Shown here piece by piece: positions 56,430 through 64,000 of a stretch of 64,000 nucleotides of DNA. Origin of the DNA: a virus; the IMG/VR virus record IMGVR_UViG_3300044629_000131, positions 20,027 through 84,026 of that record; one strand, written 5' to 3'. Numbering within the stretch: the first letter of the stretch is position 1; each line of letters starts with the position of its first letter. Below the pieces are notes generated by a model that saw only the letters and a program-made list of their open reading frames with translations, ran no database searches and was not told where the DNA came from. The position numbers and the translations under genes were made by a program.

Positions 56430-56825
56430 ATGTTCGGATTTGGCAGAGATCTAGAAATATTAGAAGCAAAATTTCAAATATATGAAGATCTCTCCAAAGA
56501 GATGCTTGACAAACTTGAAAGAGCAGTAGATAAAATTAGTGAGAGCAACCAGAACGTTGCTCTTATCCTAGAGCGTCATGAGAATAGACTAGAACAGAAT
56601 GACCGAAATGATAATGCGATCATGGAACTAATCAGAGATATCAAAGATCGTATTGAGAAAGTAGAAAACAGAGTAAATGATCTTGCCACGTTTAGGTGGA
56701 TCTCTGTTGGTATTGGCACCGCAGCAGTCTTTATTATTGGTTCTGCCACGTTCTTCGGAAACATCTTGACAGTCGGGAACAACGGTGCTACCATAGGTGG
56801 AGGTACGCCAGCACAAACTAAGTGA
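56430..56825 (+). CDS. Coiled-coil protein with C-terminal TM helix
   Basis: KLERAVDKISE...HENRLE; FRWISVGIGTAAVFIIG. Confidence 0.65.
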   Translation: MFGFGRDLEILEAKFQIYEDLSKEMLDKLERAVDKISESNQNVALILERHENRLEQNDRNDNAIMELIRDIKDRIEKVENRVNDLATFRWISVGIGTAAVFIIGSATFFGNILTVGNNGATIGGGTPAQTK

Positions 56826-57823
56826 GTTCTTTTATTGATGTAAAATATATCCAACTAGTGTCTTCGCGCCTAGTTCTCTTTGCCCGCAAGAAGGCAGACC
56901 TGTATAACTTCAGGTGCCCATATTGTGGAGATAGTCAGAAGCGTAGGAACAAAGCACGAGGATATCTCTTCAAGGTAAAGAATGACTTTGTGTTTAAGTG
57001 TCACAACTGTGGCATGGGTAGAACCCTGGCGAACTTCATCAAGGACCAAGATACTTTCCTTCATGATCAATATGTCATGGAGAAATTTAAAGATGGTAAA
57101 ACTGGCAAAGGGACTACAGTTCCAAACCCAGTCTTCAATTTTCAGGAACCAAAGTTTTTCAGCAAACCTGAAAATTCCATTGGTCTTAAAAAAGTATCAG
57201 ACCTAAATATTTCTCACCCAGCGAGAGAATATCTTGAGCAACGAGGCATCAAAGATCTAGATTACTTTTATTACTGTCCAAAGTTCAAAGAATGGACAAA
57301 CAACCAAAAGAAAATCTTTGATAATCTTAAACAAGATAGTCCCAGGATTATCATTCCATTCAAAGACAAAGAAGGCAACCTTTTCGGATACCAAGGCAGA
57401 TCGCTAGCCCCAAAGGCAAAGATTAGATACATTACGATCATGCTGGACGAGGAACAACCCAAGATCTTTGGATTAGACAGAATTAATACAACCGAACCAG
57501 TTTATATTGTAGAGGGACCATTTGATGCGACGTTCATTAAAAACTCTGTTGCTATGGCTGGGTCCGATGCTGATATTAGGACGTTTGGTTGGAGCAATTA
57601 TATTTGGATTTTTGATAATGAACCACGTAACAGAGAGATCGTCGCCAGGATCTCCAAAGTCATTGACCGAGGAGACAAGGTAGTATTGTGGCCAAGTAAA
57701 ATCAAAGAGAAAGATATTAACGACATGTTCCTTGCTGGACATGATGTTCAAAGTCTGGTAGAATGTAATGTCTACAGTGGTTTAGAAGCAAAACTTAAAT
57801 TTAACGATTGGAAGAAAGTATGA
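56822..57823 (+). CDS. gp61: DNA primase gp61
   Basis: CPYCGDS...CHNC, RIIIPF, YIVEGPFDA, DNEPRN, KDIND. Confidence 0.95.
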   Translation: MSSFIDVKYIQLVSSRLVLFARKKADLYNFRCPYCGDSQKRRNKARGYLFKVKNDFVFKCHNCGMGRTLANFIKDQDTFLHDQYVMEKFKDGKTGKGTTVPNPVFNFQEPKFFSKPENSIGLKKVSDLNISHPAREYLEQRGIKDLDYFYYCPKFKEWTNNQKKIFDNLKQDSPRIIIPFKDKEGNLFGYQGRSLAPKAKIRYITIMLDEEQPKIFGLDRINTTEPVYIVEGPFDATFIKNSVAMAGSDADIRTFGWSNYIWIFDNEPRNREIVARISKVIDRGDKVVLWPSKIKEKDINDMFLAGHDVQSLVECNVYSGLEAKLKFNDWKKV

Positions 57824-60132
57824 CAAACGGACATGGTATCAAAGTTCGCAAGCGCAGCGGGTCTGTGGAACCCCTCAACCTCGATAAGATCCACAAGATG
57901 GTGGAGGAGGCTTGCGAGGGTCTAGGGAGCGGTGTGAGCGCCTCTCAGGTGGAGATGAACTCGGGTCTCCAGTTCTTTGACGGGATCGAGACGAAGGACA
58001 TCCAGGAGATCCTGGTGCGCTCTGCGAGCGACCTTATCAGCCTGGAGAACCCCAACTATCAATTCGTTGCTGCTCGCCTGCTGCTGTTCGGACTTCGCAA
58101 GCAGGTGTTTGGATCTGATTGGGTGAATGGGCATCCTACTGTTCTGGACCATGCTTTTAAGTGTGCCACGAACGGTGTCTATGACAAAGAAGTTCTTGGT
58201 AAATATACTAAGGAAGAGTGGGACAAGATTGACAGCTTTATTGATCATGACCGTGATTTTCTATTCACTTATGCTGGTCTTCGTCAGATCGTTGATAAGT
58301 ACCTAGTACAAGATAGGAGCACAGGTGCGGTTTATGAAACCCCACAATACATGTACATGATGATTGCTGCGACCTTGTTCCAAAACTATACAAAGGATCG
58401 TCTAGAATATGTCAGGAGATACTACAACGCAATCTCAAAGCACAAAATCAACATCCCAACGCCAATCATGGCAGGAGTGCGAACACCACTTAGACAATTT
58501 GCTAGTTGTGTTCTTGTTGATGTTGATGACACCCTCGATAGTATCTTTAGCTCTGATATGGCTATTGGCAGATATGTCTCACAGAGGGCGGGTATCGGCA
58601 TCAACGCAGGTCGCATCCGTGGCATCAACAGTAAAATCAGAGGGGGAGAAGTTACGCATACTGGCGTTATACCGTTTCTCAAAAAGTTTGAAGCGACTGT
58701 CAGATGTTGTACGCAAAATGGCATACGAGGTGGATCCGCGACAGTACATTTCCCAATCTGGCACAGAGAAATAGAAGATATCCTAGTACTAAAGAATAAT
58801 AAAGGAACTGAAGATAACCGTGTTCGTAAGTTAGACTACTCTATTCAAATTAGCAAACTGTTCTATGAACGTTTCATCCAAGACGCAGAAATCTCACTCT
58901 TCTCACCACACGACGTTCCTGGTCTGTATGATGCTTTTGGGACTGATAGATTTGACGATTTGTATGTGGATTACGAACGAGATACAACTGTTCCACGAAA
59001 AACTATTGGAGCTCAAGAACTCATTCTGGACCTCCTGAAGGAGCGAGCAGAGACTGGTCGTGTTTATATCATGAATATTGATCATTGTAACTCTCACTCT
59101 TCCTTCCTTGACAAAGTAAATATGTCAAACCTCTGTCAGGAGATCACACTTCCTACAGACCCTATCCAACATATTGATGGTGAAGGTGAGATTGCCCTGT
59201 GTATTCTTTCTGCTATCAACGTGGGTAAGATACATAAACTGGATGACCTTGAAGAACTTTGTGATCTTGCTGTTCGTGGATTGGAAGAACTGATTGATTA
59301 TCAGCAATATCCAGTAAAGGCAGCAAGACTTTCAACTCTCAATCGTCGTTCTTTGGGTATCGGTTATATCGGTCTAGCACATTATCTCGCAAAGCAAGGA
59401 GAACACTATGATGATCCACGAGCCTGGCAACTCGTCCATGACCTTACTGAAGCTTTCCAGTACTATCTCCTCAAGTCTTCCAACGCAATCGCTAAGGAGA
59501 AGGGCGCCTGTGGATACTTCAATCGAACCAAGTATTCTCAAGGCATCTTGCCAATTGATACCTACAAGCGAGATGTTGATGAACTCTGCGACCCCACGTT
59601 GAAATATGATTGGGAAACTCTACGTTCCGAGATACAAACATTTGGACTACGACATTCAACGTTGTCCGCACAAATGCCATCGGAAAGCAGTTCCGTTGTG
59701 TCAAACGCAACCAACGGAATTGAACCCCCTAGAGATTACTTGTCCGTTAAGAAGTCGAAGAAGGGTCCTCTCAAGCAAGTTGTTCCCCAGTATCAAACTC
59801 TTAAGAACAACTATACGCTTCTTTGGGATATGCCTGACAATACTGGTTATATCAATATTGTTGCTGTTATGCAAAAGTTCTTTGATCAAGCGATATCTGG
59901 AAACTGGTCGTATAATCCAGAAAATTATGCCGATAATGAAGTTCCTGTGTCGGTGATGGCTCAAGACTTCCTCAATACTTACAAGTACGGATGGAAGACA
60001 TCTTACTATCAGAATACATACGATATCAAACAAGACGAACCAATTACTCAAGAACAAAAGAAAAGCATAGAAGATTTACTCAACGATATTTTCAGCACGG
60101 AGGAAGAAGACTGTGACAGTTGTAAGATTTAG
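57820..60132 (+). CDS. nrdA: Class Ia ribonucleotide reductase alpha
   Basis: ATP cone, QFASCVL, SNLCQEI, KTSYY, C-terminal CDSC; ATGA overlap at 57820. Confidence 0.97.
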   Translation: MTNGHGIKVRKRSGSVEPLNLDKIHKMVEEACEGLGSGVSASQVEMNSGLQFFDGIETKDIQEILVRSASDLISLENPNYQFVAARLLLFGLRKQVFGSDWVNGHPTVLDHAFKCATNGVYDKEVLGKYTKEEWDKIDSFIDHDRDFLFTYAGLRQIVDKYLVQDRSTGAVYETPQYMYMMIAATLFQNYTKDRLEYVRRYYNAISKHKINIPTPIMAGVRTPLRQFASCVLVDVDDTLDSIFSSDMAIGRYVSQRAGIGINAGRIRGINSKIRGGEVTHTGVIPFLKKFEATVRCCTQNGIRGGSATVHFPIWHREIEDILVLKNNKGTEDNRVRKLDYSIQISKLFYERFIQDAEISLFSPHDVPGLYDAFGTDRFDDLYVDYERDTTVPRKTIGAQELILDLLKERAETGRVYIMNIDHCNSHSSFLDKVNMSNLCQEITLPTDPIQHIDGEGEIALCILSAINVGKIHKLDDLEELCDLAVRGLEELIDYQQYPVKAARLSTLNRRSLGIGYIGLAHYLAKQGEHYDDPRAWQLVHDLTEAFQYYLLKSSNAIAKEKGACGYFNRTKYSQGILPIDTYKRDVDELCDPTLKYDWETLRSEIQTFGLRHSTLSAQMPSESSSVVSNATNGIEPPRDYLSVKKSKKGPLKQVVPQYQTLKNNYTLLWDMPDNTGYINIVAVMQKFFDQAISGNWSYNPENYADNEVPVSVMAQDFLNTYKYGWKTSYYQNTYDIKQDEPITQEQKKSIEDLLNDIFSTEEEDCDSCKI

Positions 60133-61294
60133 AACTAACGATAATCACATGAACGTAGAAGGAATGACAGTATTCAATACTAACAAAGTAGATAATACTA
60201 AACAAAAAATGTTCTTTGGACCCCCTCTTGGGGTCCAACGTTACGATAAGTTTAAGTATCCTGTGTTTGATAAACTGACACAGCAACAACTTGGATACTT
60301 TTGGAGACCTGAAGAGGTCTCCCTTCAGAAAGATCGTGCTGATTATCAAACTCTAAACGCAGCACAAAAGCACATCTTTACTTCTAATCTGAAGTATCAA
60401 ATCCTTCTCGATAGTGTTCAGGGTCGTGGTCCTGGTATGGCTTTCATGCCATACTGTTCCCTTCCTGAACTAGAAGGTGCTATGAATATCTGGCAGACTA
60501 TGGAGATGGTCCATAGTCGTTCTTATACACATATTATAAAAAATGTGTATGCTGATCCGTCTGAGGTGTTTGATACAATCCTTGAGGATGACAAGATCCT
60601 TCAACGTGCTCGTTCTGTAACTCGTTCATATGATGAATTCCTCCAAGCAGCAACAGAATGGGGAGCAGGAAACCAGTGGCGGCATGAATTGGAAGGAACA
60701 CCAGCAGCAAAAGAAACATTGTATGACCTCAAAAGAAAACTATATCGAGCGGTTGCTAACGTATATATCCTCGAAGGAATTCGGTTCTACGTATCGTTTG
60801 CCTGCTCTTTCGCTTTTGGTGAACTTAAACTCTTGGAAGGAAGTGCCAAAATCATCGGACTTATCGCAAGAGACGAAAGCCAACACATGACAATCACTCA
60901 GAACATTCTAAACAAATGGAAGGAGGGTGATGATCCTGACATGGTGGAAATTGCCAAGGAAGAAGAAGAGAACGTCTATCAGATGTTCCGTGATTGTGTT
61001 GATGAAGAGAAACTCTGGGCAGAATATCTGTTCAAGGATGGATCTATCATCGGTCTAAATGATAAACTACTTGCTAAGTATGTTGAATGGACTGCTAATC
61101 GTCGTCTCAAGTCTATTGGTCTCAAGGCAATCTTTGATACTCCTATTACAAACAATCCTCTGCCATGGACAGAACATTGGTTGTCTTCTAAGGGAATGCA
61201 AGTTGCTCCTCAAGAGACGGAGGTTGAGAGTTATTTAATTGGGAGCATTAAACAAGATGTTAAGAAAGATACTTTCGCTGGTTTTAAACTGTGA
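60113..61294 (+). CDS. nrdB: Ribonucleotide reductase beta
   Basis: FWRPEE, EMVHSRSY, LEGIRFY, RDESQH, APQETEVESY. Confidence 0.97.
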   Translation: MTVVRFRTNDNHMNVEGMTVFNTNKVDNTKQKMFFGPPLGVQRYDKFKYPVFDKLTQQQLGYFWRPEEVSLQKDRADYQTLNAAQKHIFTSNLKYQILLDSVQGRGPGMAFMPYCSLPELEGAMNIWQTMEMVHSRSYTHIIKNVYADPSEVFDTILEDDKILQRARSVTRSYDEFLQAATEWGAGNQWRHELEGTPAAKETLYDLKRKLYRAVANVYILEGIRFYVSFACSFAFGELKLLEGSAKIIGLIARDESQHMTITQNILNKWKEGDDPDMVEIAKEEEENVYQMFRDCVDEEKLWAEYLFKDGSIIGLNDKLLAKYVEWTANRRLKSIGLKAIFDTPITNNPLPWTEHWLSSKGMQVAPQETEVESYLIGSIKQDVKKDTFAGFKL

Positions 61295-61413
61295 GAAAAA
61301 GAGAGATAGAAAAACTGGAGAAACTTCTAAAGGAGGGTCCGAAGAGTCTATCTCAAGCGTGGATACTCGCCGCCCTCAAGCGAAAATTCCAGACCCCTGG
61401 TACAACTGAATAG
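61291..61413 (+). CDS. Possible 40-aa protein (GTG start)
   Basis: GTGA overlap with nrdB stop; LLKEGPKSLSQAWILAA. Confidence 0.45.
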   Translation: MRKREIEKLEKLLKEGPKSLSQAWILAALKRKFQTPGTTE

Positions 61414-61441
61414 ATAAATACCTCCGTGATGGAGGTTTTTT
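61414..61441 (+). promoter_or_regulatory. Late promoter abutting an RBS-burying terminator hairpin
   Basis: ATAAATA-CCTCC-GTGAT-GGAGG-T6 before ATG 61445. Confidence 0.7.
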
Positions 61442-61444
61442 ATT

Positions 61445-61783
61445 ATGAAGGTACAGTCAGCAAAAGCAAAAGGTCGTCGTCTCCAACAGTGGGTCAGAGA
61501 AAAACTGATTGAGATGCTTGAAGTTCATCCAGAAGATATTGAAAGTAGATCTATGGGTGCTGGTGGTGAGGATCTCATCATGGCTCGTGCTGCCAGATCA
61601 AAATTTCCACATAGTATTGAGTGTAAAAATGTGGAGAAGCTAAATATCTGGGATGCCTATGAGCAGGCATCGGCCAACTGCGGTGACTATGAACCTCTCG
61701 TTGTTATTAAAAAGAATGGTAAAAAACCATTGGCAGTTATAGACGCAGAGTATTTCATTAGTTTATTCGGAGACAGAAAATGA
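61445..61783 (+). CDS. PD-(D/E)xK nuclease, Holliday junction resolvase-like
   Basis: SAKAKGRRLQ, GAGGEDL, SIECKN. Confidence 0.75.
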   Translation: MKVQSAKAKGRRLQQWVREKLIEMLEVHPEDIESRSMGAGGEDLIMARAARSKFPHSIECKNVEKLNIWDAYEQASANCGDYEPLVVIKKNGKKPLAVIDAEYFISLFGDRK

Positions 61784-62451
61784 CGTTAGATCTTCATAAC
61801 TTTTTCAAGTATTATGATGATGGTAATTCAAACCATGTGGCAGCAGTTCAGTGGTTAGAAGATAACCTACCAGAACAGTTCATGGATGACGCAGAGACTG
61901 ATTGGATTGGTATTTTTAGAACAAAACCACCCACTCCAGCAGTACTCGATGTTCCATACTTTAACCAAGTAGATAACTACAGAGATGCACATAGAACTTG
62001 TAACAGTTCATCGTGCGCTATGTGTCTTGCTTTCCTCAAGCCAGGCAGTATCAAGGGCGATGATGAATATGTCAAGAAAGTGTTTGCTATTGGTGACACA
62101 ACTGACCATGCCGTACAGACGAAAGTTCTCGCAGGTTATGGTATTAAGTCACACTTTAGCTATAATCTTTCTTTTGCTGACATTGATAAGAGCCTTGATA
62201 GAGGCAAACCCGTTGTTATTGGTATTCTCCACAGGGGTTCTTTATCTGCTCCTACTGGTGGGCACATGTGTGTAGTGATTGGTAAGACACCAGATGGCAA
62301 GGGATATTATGTTAATGATCCATATGGTTCTCTCAACGATAACTATACTGGTCCAGTAACAAATGGTAAGAAGACCATTTACACCAAAGCAGTTCTCAAG
62401 CATCGCTGGTGCCCAGGTGGCAACGATGGTTGGGGTCGTATTTTTGACTGA
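61780..62451 (+). CDS. C39-like cysteine peptidase (putative lysin) with N-terminal shared domain
   Basis: VPYFNQ, CNSSSCAM, GKPV, GGHMCVVIG, VNDPYG. Confidence 0.85.
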   Translation: MTLDLHNFFKYYDDGNSNHVAAVQWLEDNLPEQFMDDAETDWIGIFRTKPPTPAVLDVPYFNQVDNYRDAHRTCNSSSCAMCLAFLKPGSIKGDDEYVKKVFAIGDTTDHAVQTKVLAGYGIKSHFSYNLSFADIDKSLDRGKPVVIGILHRGSLSAPTGGHMCVVIGKTPDGKGYYVNDPYGSLNDNYTGPVTNGKKTIYTKAVLKHRWCPGGNDGWGRIFD

Positions 62452-62469
62452 TAATAAAGGAGAACAACA

Positions 62470-63144
62470 ATGGCAAGAGTAGATTTACACAATTTCTTCA
62501 AATTCTATGATGAGAAGAACCCCAACCATGTGAAAGCAGTTCAGTGGTTGGAAGATAACCTCCCAGTCAAGTTCCTTGAGGACAATGTAGATTGGGCGGA
62601 AATTTACAGAGGAAAAAAGACTAGTGCTGGATCAGCCCCTGCTGCTCCAGCTGCTTCTGCTCCAGTAGCGGGCGGCGATGACATGCCTATGATGGGCATT
62701 AAGTTAATCAAAGAGTTTGAAGGATGCCATCTCAAGGCATATCCAGATCCTCTAACTGGTGGTCTGCCAATCACTATTGGTTGGGGATCTACCCGTAAGA
62801 AGGATGGTTCAGCATTCAAACTTGGTGATCAAATCACTCAACAAGAAGCAGATGATCTGCTAATCAGTCAGTGTAAGAACCAGTTTCTTCCTGCCCTTCG
62901 TAAGATCCCACATTGGAATGAAATGTCAGATGGAAAAAGAGGCGCTCTGCTCAGCTTTGCTTATAATCTCGGCGCTGGTTTCTACGGTGGCGATAACTTT
63001 AATACTATTACTAAACGCCTGAAGAATAAAGAGTGGGACCTAGTGCCCGATGCTCTCTATCTCTACAGAAATCCTGGATCTAATGTAGAAGCAGGACTTG
63101 CTCGTAGAAGAAAAGCAGAAGGTGATGCTTGGAAGAAGGGTTGA
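62470..63144 (+). CDS. GH24 lysozyme (endolysin) with N-terminal shared domain
   Basis: IKEFEG...AYPD...TIGWG, ALLSFAYNLG, GLARRRKAE. Confidence 0.92.
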   Translation: MARVDLHNFFKFYDEKNPNHVKAVQWLEDNLPVKFLEDNVDWAEIYRGKKTSAGSAPAAPAASAPVAGGDDMPMMGIKLIKEFEGCHLKAYPDPLTGGLPITIGWGSTRKKDGSAFKLGDQITQQEADDLLISQCKNQFLPALRKIPHWNEMSDGKRGALLSFAYNLGAGFYGGDNFNTITKRLKNKEWDLVPDALYLYRNPGSNVEAGLARRRKAEGDAWKKG

Positions 63145-63169
63145 CACCCAGCTAAATAAGTGATATCAT
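63141..63169 (+). promoter_or_regulatory. sigma70 promoter with a nested late promoter
   Basis: TTGACA-N17-TATCAT; CTAAATA inside the spacer. Confidence 0.75.
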
Positions 63170-63171
63170 GA

Positions 63172-63290
63172 AGACCCACCCCTAAAAAGGTGGGTCTCAC
63201 ATTATGAGAAGGTGATGTGACAATTTGTGCCCAGGAGATTGCCCCTTGAGAAAGGGGAAGTGCGCTTTCTCTATTGGGATGTAGAGTTCA
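63172..63290 (+). ncRNA. Candidate structured RNA leader
   Basis: Three hairpins including CCCCTT-GAGA-AAGGGG inside an outer CCCA-GGAGA/TCTCT-AT-TGGG stem. Confidence 0.5.
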
Positions 63291-63300
63291 ATAACTATTA

Positions 63301-63942
63301 ATGCCAAACACTTTTACACTTGTAGCCCTGCCCCTTTTGGCAACGGTTACAACCACCTCGGCAACACTGCCCGTGTTTCCACCTCCTCCTGTTCAGGGTC
63401 CTCCCCCATTTGCTATTATCAAGGAGTTTGAAACAAAGACAGCGACCAAAGCGGTTGCTCCCGAAAAACCAAAAGAGAAAAGGCTAATTTGTAAGGGGTG
63501 TTCTGACAACGAGAACATTGCTCTCAATTATTTCCAGGACGCTGGAATTAAAGACAGAAACGCCCTTGCTACTATTCTAGGTAATATTAGACAAGAATCT
63601 ACATTCGTGCCTAATATTTGCGAAGGTGGTAGCAGGACCAGTTATCATGGCTGCCGTTTAGGTGGTTATGGTCTGATCCAATGGACATCTGCCGATCGTT
63701 ATCATGGATTGGGTGATTTTGCTAAGAGGTATGGTGGTTCTCCATCAACACTTCCTACGCAACTTCGTTATCTAACGACTGAGGTTCAATGGAAACGAAT
63801 TGAAAACAGGATGAAAACTCCTGGTAAATCTATCAATCGTTACATGGACTATGCGTATAGTTGGATTGGCTGGGGCATTCATGGTGCTCGTACATCATAT
63901 GCCCATGATTATGCTTCCAGACTGATCACGGTAGAAGTTTGA
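63301..63942 (+). CDS. Phage tail lysozyme-like (Phage_lysozyme2) hydrolase with signal-peptide-like N-terminus
   Basis: ALATILGNIRQES, GGYGLIQWT, TQLRYL; hydrophobic N-terminus and Pro-rich linker. Confidence 0.75.
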   Translation: MPNTFTLVALPLLATVTTTSATLPVFPPPPVQGPPPFAIIKEFETKTATKAVAPEKPKEKRLICKGCSDNENIALNYFQDAGIKDRNALATILGNIRQESTFVPNICEGGSRTSYHGCRLGGYGLIQWTSADRYHGLGDFAKRYGGSPSTLPTQLRYLTTEVQWKRIENRMKTPGKSINRYMDYAYSWIGWGIHGARTSYAHDYASRLITVEV

Positions 63943-64000
63943 CAAACTGAATAAATAGGGGGGTGCTGATCTCTCGGGGGCGGCGCCCCCCCCCCCCCGG

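Noticed and set aside
15401-61294. Introns or inteins in gp17, gp20, gp43, gp41, nrdA, nrdB
   Set aside because: All are uninterrupted, of ordinary length, with contiguous motifs.
2680-62819. Other short minus-strand and nested alternative-frame ORFs in the track
   Set aside because: They lie within well-supported + strand genes and show no recognisable motifs.
63951-64000. G/C-rich hairpin and poly-C run at the window end
   Set aside because: May be a hairpin after a late promoter, but the homopolymer at the edge could be an artefact and the context is cut off.
1-64000. CRISPR array, tRNAs, DGR/retron, stop-codon recoding
   Set aside because: No repeat-spacer array, cloverleaf or reverse transcriptase seen by eye; TAA, TAG and TGA all end core genes at expected positions.

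Overview
64 kb of a T4-like cyanophage (Kyanoviridae-type cyanomyovirus) genome, with essentially all genes on the + strand. Order: 5'-truncated giant tail fibre, three paralogous fibre-tip genes and a chaperone, two 2OG-Fe(II) oxygenases, neck/terminase/tail/head core (gp13-gp23, with a variable gp16-gp17 interval), gp3-uvsY-uvsW-gp55-gp47-gp46, a metallopeptidase-vWA/AAA+ pair, the replication block (gp45, speD, gp44, RimK-like ligase, Dam, gp62, regA, hsp20, gp43, uvsX, gp41, mazG), late/internal-protein genes, gp61, nrdAB and three cell-wall hydrolases. I found no tRNA, CRISPR array, intron or intein. The most notable things outside the ORF track are: (1) a chain of overlapping micro-ORFs in the gp16-gp17 interval, one resembling the transmembrane half of the cyanobacterial NDH-1 subunit NdhQ; (2) repeated hairpins carrying a late promoter (TAAATA) in or beside the loop, several of which bury the RBS of nuclease genes; (3) a multi-stem RNA leader upstream of a secreted-type lysozyme; (4) a near-consensus antisense sigma70 promoter aimed at uvsW; (5) two different lysins sharing one N-terminal domain. 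All family assignments are from motif recognition and memory, not database searches.
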